From Mobula hypostoma (lineage: Eukaryota), in assembly GCF_963921235.1 (NCBI RefSeq), contig NC_086100.1, positions 204,850,001 through 204,914,000 on the forward strand: DNA of 64,000 nucleotides, in the 5' to 3' direction. The notes under the pieces are model-generated. The model was not told where the DNA came from, made no database searches, and was given only the letters and a program-made list of their open reading frames with translations. The stretch's first letter is position 1. Each line of letters begins with the position of its first letter. The translations under genes were made by a program, and so were the position numbers. Positions 24,862 through 36,344 of this stretch are shown piece by piece.

Positions 24862-27800
24862 TGCCCTACCATTTACGATGTATGTCCTATTTTGATTAGT
24901 CCTACCAAAATGTAGCACCTCACATTTATCAGCATTAAACTCCATCTGCTATCTTTCAGCCCACTATTCTAACTGGCCTAAATCTCTCTGCAAGCTTTGA
25001 AAACCTGCTTCATTATCCACAACTCCACCTATCTTAGTATCATCTGCACACTTACTCATCCAATTTACCACACCATCATCCAGATCATTAATATATATGA
25101 CAAACAAAATTGGACCCAGTACAGATCCCTGAGGCACACCACTAGTCACCGGCCTCCAATGTGACAAACAGTTATCCACCAACACTCTCTGGCGTCTCCC
25201 ATTCAGCCACTGCTGAATCGATTTTACTACTTCAATATTAATACCTAACGATTGAACCTTCCTCACCAACCTTCCATGTAGAACCTTGCCAAACGCCTTA
25301 CTGAAGTCCATATAGACAACATTCTCCGCTTTACCCTCGTCAACTTTCCCTGTAACCTCTTCCAAAAATCCAATAAGATTGGTCAAACATGACCTTCCAC
25401 GCACAAGTCCATGTTGACTGTTACTAATCAGACCCTGTCTATCCAGACAATTATATATACCATCTCTAAGAATGCATTCCATCAATTTACCCACATCGAC
25501 ATCAAACTCACAGGCCGATTATTGCTAAGTTTACTCTTAGAACCCTTTTTAAACAATGCAAAAACATGAGCAAAACGTCAATCCTCCGGCACCGTCCTCG
25601 TTTCTAATGACTTTTGAAATATTTCTGTCAGAACCCTTGGTATTTCCTCACTAACTTCTCTCAATATGCTGTCAGGACCCGGAGATTTATCCACTTTTAT
25701 ATTCCTTAAAAGCTGCAGTACTTCCTCTTCTTTAATCATCATAGTTTCCATAACTTCCCTACCTGTTTCCCTTATCTTAGGCAATTCAATATCCTTCTCC
25801 TTAGTGAATACCGAGGAAAATAAATTGTTCAGAATGTCCCCCATATCTTTTGGCTCGACACATAGCTGTCCACTCTGATTCTCTAAGGGACCAATTTTAT
25901 CCCTCACTATCCTTTTGCTATTAATATAACGGTAGAAACCCTTGGGATTTATTTTCGTCTTACTTGCCAAAGCAACCTCATATATAGAAACATAGAAAAT
26001 AGGTGCAGGAGTAGGCCATTCGGCCCTTCGAGCCTGCACCGCCATTTATTATGATCATGGCTGATCATCCAACTCAGAACCCAGCCTTCCCTCCATACCC
26101 CCTGACCCCTGTAGTCACAAGGGCCATATCTAGCTCCCTCTTAAACATAGCCAATGAACTGGCCTCACCTCATTTACTCTATGCTGCCTATATTTATTGT
26201 AGAGATCTCTCTTTTTCCGAACCAAGTTTCCAATATCCCTTGAAAACCATGGCTCTCTCAAACTTTTAACCTTTCCTTTCAACCTAACAGGAACATAAAG
26301 ATTCTGTATTCTCCAAATTTCACCTTTAAATAACCTCCATATCTCTATTACAAACGTTTGTACATTCTTCCCATAAAACGAATTATCCCAATCCACTCCT
26401 TCTAAATGTTTTCGCATCTTCGCAAAGTTAGCATTTCTCCAATCAAATATCTCATCCATGGGTCCAGACCTATCCTTCTCCATAATGATATTGAAACTAA
26501 TAGCATTGTGATCACTGGACCCAAGGTGCTCCCCGACACAAACTTCCGTGACCTGACCTATCTAATTCCCTAATAAGAAATCCAACACTGCCCCTTCTCT
26601 AGTTGGTACCTCTATGTATTGCTGCACACAAAACTATTCTGCACACATTTTACAAACTCCAAACCATTCAGCCCTTTTACAATATGGCTTCCCAGTCTAT
26701 GTGTGGAAAATTAAAATCTCCCACAATCACAACCTGTGCTTTCAACAAATATCTGCTGTCTCCTTACAAATTTGCTCTTCCAATTCCCGTCCCCATTAGG
26801 TTGTCTATAATACACCCTTAGAAGAGTTACTACACCTTTCCCATTCCTCAATTCCACCCAAATAGCCTCCCTAGACGAGCCCTCTAATCTATCCTGCCAA
26901 AGCACCGCTGTAATATTTTCTCTGACAAGCAATTCAACACCTCCCCCTCCTTTTCCCTCCGATTCTATCACACCTGAAGCAATTAAATCCAGGAATATTT
27001 AGTTGCCAATCACACCCCTCCTGTAACCAGGTTTCACTAATAGCTACAACATCATACTTCCAGGTATCAATCCATGCTCTAAGCTCATCCACGTTTCTTA
27101 TAATGCTCCTAGCATTAAAAGAAATGCATTGAAGAAATTTTCCACCTCTTTCTGTCTGTTTATCAATAACAGTGCAAACAACTTTACTATTTTCTATTTC
27201 TTCCTTCTTCCCTACATCTGTTCGTACAGTCTGGTTCACCTCCCCCGTCGTATCTAGTTTAAATCCACCGGAGCCTCTCCAGCAAACCTACCAGCAAGAA
27301 TATTTGTCCCCCTCCAATTCAGATGTAGATCGTCCGGCCGGAACAGGTCCCACCTTCCCTGGAAAACTTCCCAATTATCCATAAATCTGAAGCCCTCCCT
27401 CCTGCACCATGTCTCCAGCCACGTTTTGATCTGCGCTACCTGACTATTTCTAAACCCGCCTGCACGTGGCACTGGTTGCAATCCTGAGATTGCTAACCTG
27501 GTGGTCCTGTCCTTTAACTTGGCGCCTCACTCCCTAAACTCACCTTTGAGGACCTGTTCACTCTTCCTACCCACGTCATTGGTCCGTACATGGACCACGA
27601 CATCGGGCTGCTCACCCTCCCGCTTGAGAATACCGAGAACTCGATCCGAGATATCTCGGATCTTGGCAACAGGGAGGCAACAGACCATCCGGGGTTCTCG
27701 ATCTCTTCCACAGAACCTCTTGTCTGTCCCCCTAAAGATCGAATCCCCTATCACTAATGCTCTCCTCTTTTCCCTTCTTCCCTTTTGAATTGATGGTCCC

Positions 27801-28095
27801 AACTCCGTGCCAGAGACGCATACACTGCAACTTGTCCCTGGTAGGTCGTCCCCATCAACAGTGTCCAAAATGATGTAGTTATTATTGGTGGGAACGGCCA
27901 CAGGGGTGCTCTGCTCATTCTGTCTATTTACCTTCCCTCTCCTGACAGTCACCCAGCTACCTGTCTCCTGACTCTTAGGGGTGACTATCTCCCTGTAACT
28001 CCTGTTTATTTCTGCCTCTGCCTCCGGAATGATCCGAAGTTCATCCAGGTCCAGCTCCAGCTCCAGTTCCCTAACTCGGTTCGTCAGGAGCTGCA
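24862..28095 (-). mobile_element. CR1 LINE: ORF1 (SGNH/GDSL-like esterase) and ORF2 5' two-thirds, 3'-truncated
   Basis: ORF 27527-28096 (ALVIGDS..VCCLP..VVHVRTND) and 27254-27481 (DDLHLN); APE at 26711-27239; RT at 24964-26045. Confidence 0.92.
25982..26167 (-). mobile_element. CR1 3' tip of the 53301-54745 family, inserted in the CR1 above
   Basis: Near-perfect reverse complement of 54568-54740; CCTCA on both sides. Confidence 0.8.
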
Positions 28096-28096
28096 T

Positions 28097-28345
28097 TTAC
28101 TAGAGTTTACTAGAATGTTACATGGGTTTCATCTCCTAAGTTACAGAGAAAAGTTGAACAAGTTGGGTCTTTATTCTTTGAAGCGTAGAAAGTTGAGGGG
28201 GGACTTGATAGTGGTATTTAAAATTAAGAGGTGGATAGATAGAGTTGACGTGGATAGGCTTTTTCCATTGAGAGAGGGGGAGATTCAAACAAGAGGACAC
28301 GAGTTGAGTTAAAGGGCAAAAGTTTAGTGGTAACACGAGGGGGAA
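28097..28345 (+). mobile_element. Short CR1 ORF2 C-terminal fragment
   Basis: ORF 28115-28312 (SYREKLNKLGLYSL..RGDLI..TRGH). Confidence 0.75.
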
Positions 28346-28357
28346 TCTATGGTTCTA

Positions 28358-30260
28358 TAGAAATCAGGAGGGCTAAAAGAAGACATGAGGTTGCCTTGGC
28401 AGTCAAAGTGAAGGATAATCCAACGAGCTTTTACAAGTATATTAAGAGCAAAAGGATTGTAAGGGATAAAATTGGTCCTCTTGAAGATCAGAGTGGTCTG
28501 CTTTGTGCGGAACCGAAGGAAATGGGGGAGATCTTAAACAGGTATTTTGCGTCTGTATTTACTAATGAAGCTGGCATGAAATCTATGGAATTGAGGGAAT
28601 CAAGTAGTGAGACCATGGAAACGTACAGATTGAAAAGGAGGAGGTGCTTGCTGTCTTGAGGAAAATTAAAGTGGATAAATCCCCGGGACCTGACAGAGTG
28701 TTCCCTCGGACCTTGAAGGAGACTAGTGTTGAAATTGCGGGGGCCCTGGCAGAAATATTTAAAATGTCGCTGTCTACGGGTGAAGTGCCGGAGGATTGGA
28801 GAGTGGCTCATGTTGTTCCGTTGTTTTAAAAAGGATCGAAAAGTAATCCGGGAAATTATGGGCCTGTGAGTTTAACGTCAGTAGTAGGTAAGTTATTGGA
28901 GGGAGTACTAAGAGACAGAATCTGCAAGCATTTGGATAGACAGGGACTTATTAGGGAGAGTCAACATGGCTTTGTCCGTGGTAGGTCATGTTTGACCAAT
29001 CTGTTGGAGTTTTTCGAGGAGGTTATCAGGAAAGTGGATGAAGTGAAGGCAGTGGATATTGTCTACATGGACTTCAGTAAGGTCTTTGACAAGGTCCCGC
29101 ATGGGAGGTTAGTTAGGAAAATTCAGTCGCTAGGTATACATGGAGTGGTGGTAAATTCGATTAGACATTGGCTCGATGGAAGAAGCCAGAGAGTGGTGGT
29201 AGAGAATTGCTTCTCTGAGTGGAGGCCTGTGACTAGTGGTGTGCCACAGGGATCAGTGCTGGGTCCATTGTTATTTGTCATCTATATCAATGATCTGGAT
29301 GATGATGTGGTAAATTGGATCAGCAAATTTGCTGATGATACAAAGATTGGAGGTGCAGTAGACAGTGAGGAAGGTTTTCAGAGCCTACAGAGGGACTTGG
29401 ACCAGCTGGAAAAATGGGCTGAAAAATGGCAGATGGAGTTTAATACTGACAAGTGTGAGGTATTGCACGTTGGAAGGACAAACCAACGTAGAGCATACAG
29501 GGTTAATGGTAAGACACTGAGGAGTGCAGTGGGACAGAGGGATCTGGGAATACAGATACAAAATTCCCTAAAAGTGTCGTCACAGGTAGATAGGGTCGTA
29601 AAGAGAGCTTTTGGTACATTGGCCTTTATTAATCGAAGTATTGAGTATAAGAGCTGGAATGTTATGATGAGGTTGTATAAGGCATTGGTGAGGCCGAATC
29701 TGGAGTATTGTGCTCAGTTTTGGTCAGCAAATTACAGGAACGATATAAATAAGGTTGAAAGAGTGCAGAGGAGGTTTACAAGGATGTTGCCGGGACTTGA
29801 GAAACTCAGTTACAGAGATAGGTTGAATAGGTTAGGACTTTATTCCCTGGAGCGTAGAAGAATGAGGGGAGATTTGATAGAGGTATATAAAATTATGATG
29901 GGTATAGATAGAATGAATGTAAGCAGGCTTTTTCCACTGAGGCAAGGGGAGAAAAAAAAACAGACGACATGGGTTAAGGGTGAGGGGGGAAAAGTTTAAA
30001 GGGAATATTAGGGCGGGCTTCTTCACACAGAGCGTGGTGGGAGTATGGAATGAGCTGCCAGACGAGGTGGTAAATGCCGGTTCTTTTTTAACATTTAAGA
30101 ATAAATTGGACAGATACATGGATGGGAGGTGCATGGAGGGATATGGTCCGTGTGCAGGTTAGTGGAACTAGGCAGAAAATGGTTCGGCACAGCCAAGAAG
30201 GGCCAAAGGGCCTGTTTCTGTGCTGTACTTTCTATGGTTCTATGGTTCTATGGTTCTATG
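28358..30260 (+). mobile_element. CR1 LINE 3' ~1.9 kb, young
   Basis: ORF 28866-29999 (377-aa RT with QHGF, GVPQGSVLGP, FADD); (TTCTATGG)n tail; near-identical to the inverted copy at 36345-39050. Confidence 0.95.
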
Positions 30261-30725
30261 ATGTCATTAGTGCCCCAGAATTAGTCTCAATCAGGGACAC
30301 TAGTAATGCCACCAGTGCTCCAGGATGGGGCGTAGAATGGGACACCAGTGATCGGATTCAATATCGCAGGGCGTGGTTATCCGGGTCGAGAACCGTTTGG
30401 CCACGTTATGAAGTCCGTATATCTGCACGGTTTACTACTGTCCCTGTTACAGTCTGTCTGTATAAAGTTAATTTGACAAATATCTCAACAGCTGACTCTG
30501 GATCTGCATAGATGTTGGTATACGATGCTGCGCTGTAATGTTGTAATAAACGCAGAATGACGGTGATAATTGGAACGTATTATTTTAACCATTGAACTTC
30601 AAAGTTGAACAATTCAACTCATTCTTGTCAATTTGTTGACCATGGTAGATTTAAAATCTGGAAGAAAATGTCGAACTCGAATGGGTCAAGGACAGTGGAA
30701 GCAGACAGATTAATTGTCTTTTCTT

Positions 30726-31788
30726 GCCACCCCACTAGGAATAGGGTTCCCCTGGTCCTCACCTACCACCCCACCAGCCTCTGGGTCCAACATATTATTC
30801 TCCGTAACCTCCGCCACCTCCAACGGGATCCCACCACTAAGCACATCTTTCCCTCCCCCACTCTCTCTGCATTCCGCAGGGATCTCTCCCTACGCAACTC
30901 CCTTGTCCATTCGTCCCCCCCATCCTTCCCCACTGATCTCCCTCCTGGCACTTATCCATGTAAGCGGAACAAGTGCTACACATGCCCTTACACTTCCTCC
31001 CTTACCACCATTCAGGGCCCCAAACAGTCCTTCCAGGTGAGGCAACACTTCACCTGTGAGTCGACTGGGGGGATATACTGCGTCCGGTGCTCCCGATGTG
31101 GCCTTTTATATGTTGGCGAGACCCGACGCAGACTGGGAGACCGCTTTGCTGAACACCTACGCTCTGTCCGCCAGAGAAAGCAGGATCTCCCAGTGGCCAC
31201 ACATTTTAATTCCACATCCCATTCCCATTCTGACATGTCTATCCACGGCCTCCTCTACTGTAAAGATGAAGCCACACTCAGGTTGGAGGAACAACACCTT
31301 ATATTCCGTCTGGATAGCCTCCAACCTGATGGCATGAACATCGACTTTTCTAACTTCCGCTAATGCCCCACCTCCCCCTCGTACCCCATCTGTTACTTAT
31401 TTTTATACACACATTCTTTCTCTCACTCTCCTTTTTCTCCCTCTGTCCCTCTGAATATACTCCTTGCCCATCCTCTGGGTCCCCCCTCCCTTCTCTTTCT
31501 TCCCGGACCTCCTGTCCCATGATCCTCTCGTATCCCTTTTGCCTATCTCCTGTCCAGCTCTTGGCTCCATCCCTCCCCCTCCTGTCTTCTCCTATCATTT
31601 TTGATCTCCCCCTCCCCCTCCAACTTTCAAATCCCTTACTCACTCTTCCTTCAGTTAGTCCTGACGAAGGGTCTCGGCCTGAAACGTCGACTGCACCTCT
31701 TTCTAGAGGTGCTGCCTGGTCTGCTGCGTTCACCAGCAACTTTTGTGTGTGTTGCTTGAATTTCCAGCATCTGCAGAATTCCTGTTGT
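30726..31788 (+). mobile_element. Penelope-like element, 5'-truncated, with GIY-YIG endonuclease and 12-bp TSD
   Basis: The part of ORF 30605-31363 inside the element has RVPLVLTYHP, CYTC..H..C and GIYCVRC..CGLLYVGET..RL..RF.EH..GMN. TTGTCTTTTCTT at 30714-30725 and 31789-31800. Confidence 0.93.
31656..31693 (+). ncRNA. Minimal type-I hammerhead ribozyme
   Basis: TAGTC (stem I) - CTGACGA - aGGGT ctcg GCCT (stem II) - GAAA - CG - TC (cleavage site) - GACTG (stem I'). Stem III is the palindrome ACGT. Confidence 0.8.
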
Positions 31789-32679
31789 TTGTCTTTTCTT
31801 CTGCCATGTGCTTGGAACTGCCATTTTGTGGAGCTGTGTTACATCCTCCATTTTGTGAGATAAAGTTGTTTTGATTTCTGTGTTTTAAAATAGGCATTAC
31901 AATGCTTCAGGTAATCTGCTAAACTGGAGATCCTTTCCAAAGAAGTTATTGGTGAGGTGTTCTTTGGTATAATATAACATGCAGTTTTGTGAATGATGCG
32001 GTTGGTGCCTGCCTGATGTGATTCGAGCTGACTACTGAACAGAACGCATTAGGGTTCTCTTCCTAGTTATCCTCCTACTCTTGATGAATGTATTGAATGC
32101 CTTAGGATTTTCCTTAATCCAACTTGCCAAGAATTTTTCGTGACCCCTCTTGGCTTTCGTAATTCCCTTTTTTCGTTATTTTCTGGTGTTTTTATACTCC
32201 TCGTGTGTCTTGTTTGAACCTAACATCTTTTAGCTTTACATACGTTTCATTGTCCTTCTTGACCAAATTTATCACTTCCCTGGCCATCTAACGTTCTCGT
32301 GTCTTTTCATCCCCGACCTTGTTTTTAACAGGAATTTTTGATAAATGTCAAAAGTTGAATGATTCACACAGTAATTTCCCAAGAATAGTCCAACAGCGTT
32401 TTGACACATTGCAAACTGCCACACTCACTTTACTTACAACTGCTGAAATCAAATGGAACCGGTTCGACAAATCACTCTCACTGGGGTGTGAACAAAGTCA
32501 CTTTAATATTGTATGTAACCATTTCTGCTGCAGTGTGGAGTCATAGAGCCTTTAACGTGATATGAAGAATATGACCTGGGGTCTTGAATCCCTAACGTTA
32601 CCATTACCCTAGGGTACGGAACGTGCAGCGTTCGCAGTCACAGTTGCCACTGATCTCTTAAACGCTGTTAATGTAAGGA

Positions 32680-33710
32680 TGAGTGAAAGTCGGTGACTGA
32701 GGGTAAGAAGGAGAGTTATGGGCTGAGCAGCGTAAGTGGAACGGCAGGATGAGTATGTGGAAGATGGGGGGAGGGAAGCTGAAATTGTGTGGGGGAAGTA
32801 GAGAGAGTGGGGAAAGGGAGGGGGAGTGAAAGATGGGGGATGAGGGGAGACAGCAAGAGAGAGGGGGAGTAAGAGAGTGAGACGTTGGGAGTGAAAGAAG
32901 GGGGAGAAGGCCAAAGAGGGAGAGTGAGGTGGGGAGATGGAGAGCAGGGTGAGAGAAGTCTAGAAAGAGAGGAGAAAGGGAAGAGAAGGGGAGAAGTAGG
33001 GAGACAGAGAAGGGGCAGAGAGAGGGAGGAACAAAGGGGGGAGGGTGTGGGGAGAGTGACTGAGAGGCTGAGAGAAAGGGAGTGAGAGGGACGGATGGAT
33101 GGCGAGCGGACAATGGGAGACGAAGAGAGAGGGGAGTGGAATAGGAGAGAGGATGAAGAAAAGAAGCAGAGAGAGAGGAGCGAGAGCGCGGAAGGAGTAA
33201 ATAGTGAGGAGAATGAGTAGGAGATATGGTTAGGGAGAATATGAGGGGAAGGTGGAATAAAGGCGTCGAGGAGGGTGTGAGTGAGTGGGATGTCGAAGGA
33301 GAAGTGTGCAGGAGGCGTCGAGGAGGAATGGGTGAGCGAGAGGGGCAGCGAGTAAGAGGGGTGTGACTAGGCTGGCAAGTAAGGAGGGATGAGTGATATC
33401 AGCGGTGAGGAGGGAGGGGTAATGGATTGTACAGTGCCGAGGATGTGTGACCGAGTTGGGTGACGAGGAAAGACGAGCGAGTGAGAATGACATCAATCAA
33501 AGAGCAGTGAGGGAGACGATATTGAGGCAGAAGGAGAGAAGGTGTGGGGTGCGGATGGGTAGGAGGGTGAGCACTAGGGGGATGATGAGAAAGGACGGCG
33601 TGGTTGATGGGTGGCGAGTACAGTGGGGCGAGTTGGGAGGGGTTAGGGAGAGGAATGGAGAAGAGAGCGGGGTGATGAGTGGTGGTGAGGAGGCAAAGGC
33701 GTGTGAGGGA
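32680..33710 (+). repeat. Purine (GA)-rich low-complexity tract
   Basis: Seen directly; paralogous to 7530-9010. Confidence 0.85.
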
Positions 33711-34084
33711 GGCCAGAATTATTGGATGTTCGTCATGGCTGATCACAAGTCACTGAACATATCCACCGTGAGATTGTGGTTCCAGCTCTTGGTATCCCGC
33801 AGCGGGGGTGTTTACACGCACGTTTCCGGATCTCCAATCCCACACGAGGATTTTTCCACAAACGATTCCCGGTTTTTGGATCTTATCGCGCACCATTCCC
33901 GGTCTCCATATCCCATACTGGCTGCTTTACTGCGATTGATTCCTATTATCCCTTTCTCACACCAGGAGTTTTAATGTGCACGGTTCCGGGTCTCCGTGTC
34001 GAACTGTAAATGCGTCGACACCCATTGACAAGCGCTCCATCCCCTCCCATCCATTTACCTATCCAAGTTTCTCAAACAGATGTT

Positions 34085-36340
34085 GTTAAGTCGTCAGACA
34101 AAGTCAGGAACCGAAGGTTAACCATGTTCTGATTAATGTTCTGAGTTGCGTATATTTTAATGCAACAAGTATTGAAGGAAAGGCAGATGAACTTAGGTCA
34201 TGGATCAACACATAGAATTATGATATGGTCGTCATTATTGAGACTGGCAGCTCGATATTCTGGGGTTCTGTTGTTTTAGACACCACAGAGCGTGAGGCAT
34301 GAAAGGAGTAGTGGTGCCTTCACTACTCGGGGAGAATGTCACGGCAGTGTGCAATAAGGACAGCTGGGAGGACTCATCTAGTGAGGTTTCATGGGTAGAC
34401 CGGATAAATAAACATTGTCTGAATATGTTAAATGGTCTGGCTTATAGACCACCTCAAGAGTCTGCGGGATTTAGAGGAACAATTAGGAGACTTTACAGAA
34501 TATTGCAAGAAAAAAAAATGTTATAATTTGATTTTAACCTTCCACATACGGACTGGAACTCTCATACTGTCTATTGAGTAAATGTACTCATATATTTGAC
34601 AAATGTCTTCAGGAAAGTTTCGTTAATCAGTGCATTGAAGTCCCAAAGAGAGAGTGTGTGATACTTGATCTTCCATTAGGGGCTGAGACAGGACACACGT
34701 AACAGAAGTCTGTGTAGGAAAACTGTTCGCATCGGTGATCACAATTTCATCAGATTCAAAGGAAATATGGACAACAATAGCTCTACTCCGTGGGTTGAGA
34801 TTCTAAATTAGAGAAAGACCAATTTTGATGGTATCAGAAAGGATCTGACTAGTGTGGATTGGCTATATTCTGGCAAATGTGTATTTGGTAAGTGGGAAAC
34901 ATTGAAAGATAAAATTTGTAGAGTTCAAGAAACTTATGTGCCTGTACGAATGAAAGTTAAATATACTAGTTTTTCAAAAGATATTGAGACCCTGGTACAG
35001 ATTTTTTTTTTAAGTGCATAACAGGTGTAGGCAGGTCGGAAAAAATGAAGTACTTATGGAGTCGAGGAAATCCAAGATAATATTGAGGAAAGAAACCAGG
35101 AAGGCTATAGGGTGGCATAAGGTTGTCCTAGTAGACAAGGTGTGAGATTTTACAGATATTTTAAAAGCAAAATGATTGCAGGGGACGCAGTTGATCGTCT
35201 GGATTATCCGAATGGTAATGCATGCATGGAGACAAAGAAGATATGGGAGTTCTTTAGTGGATTTTTGCTTCTATGTTCACTCGGGAAACGAATCTATAGA
35301 AATGAGGCAAAGGAGAAGTGAGGCCATGGATGTTTGGCTTATTTGGCAAATTGGACTGTATAAATCCCTAGCAACTGAGAAGTTCAGTCCTCGGACCCTG
35401 ATGGAGGCAAATGCAGAAATTACAGGGATGTAGCCGATATGTTTATATTATGCTCAAAGACAGGAGAGGTACCAAAGGATTGGAGGATAGGTAATTCCGT
35501 TCTACTGTTTAAAAAAGGCACCAAAGTTAAACCAGGAAATTATAGGCCGGTGCGCCTGACATCAGTCGTGGGAAGACATTGGAGGGACCGGATATAGGAG
35601 TATTTAAATAAACAGGACTGATTACGGATATACAACATGACTTTGTGTGTTCTAGACAATATTATTGAGTTTTTCGAAAAGTTACGAGTAATGTTACCAG
35701 GAAAGTTCATGAAGGCAAGGCACTGGATATTTTCTAAACGGACATTAGACAAGGTCCGGCATAAGATGTTGACCAATAAATTTCATTCTCTTGACATTCA
35801 AGGTGAGGTAGTAAATGGGAGTAGACATTAGCTTAGAGGAGGAAGGCAAATAGTGTTAGCAGATGGCTGCCTCTCTGACTGAAGACCCGTGACTGGTGGA
35901 ATTCCGCAGGGATCGGTGCTGATATCCGTTGTTGTTTGTCATCTATATCAATTATCTCGATGATAATTAGATTATCCGGATCAGCAAATTTGCGGATGAC
36001 ACCAAGGTTTCGGGTGTATTTGACAGGGAGGAAGACTATCAGAGCTTGCAGCGGGATTTGCATCAGGTGGGAAAATGAGCTGATAATGACAGATGAAATT
36101 TAATGCAGGCTTGCGAGCTGTTGCACTTCGGAAGGATTAACTGGGTTAGGTCTTACACAATGAACAGTGGGATACGGGTTTAATATTCATTGAAAGTGGC
36201 TGCACAACTAGATAAGGTAGTTAGCAAAATTTTTGGCATATTGGCCTGCATAAATTAAAGTATTCAGTACAGTAGATTGCATGATATATTGAAGGTTTTT
36301 AAAACGTCAATGAGGTCCAATTTGGAATATTCTGTACAGT
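34085..36340 (+). mobile_element. Old decayed CR1 (continues ~40255-40460), paralog of 9335-14420
   Basis: Same 5' junction (ccaagtttctcaaacagatgtt..aag..tcagacaaagtca) as ~9315-9355. Confidence 0.75.
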
Positions 36341-36344
36341 TTAC

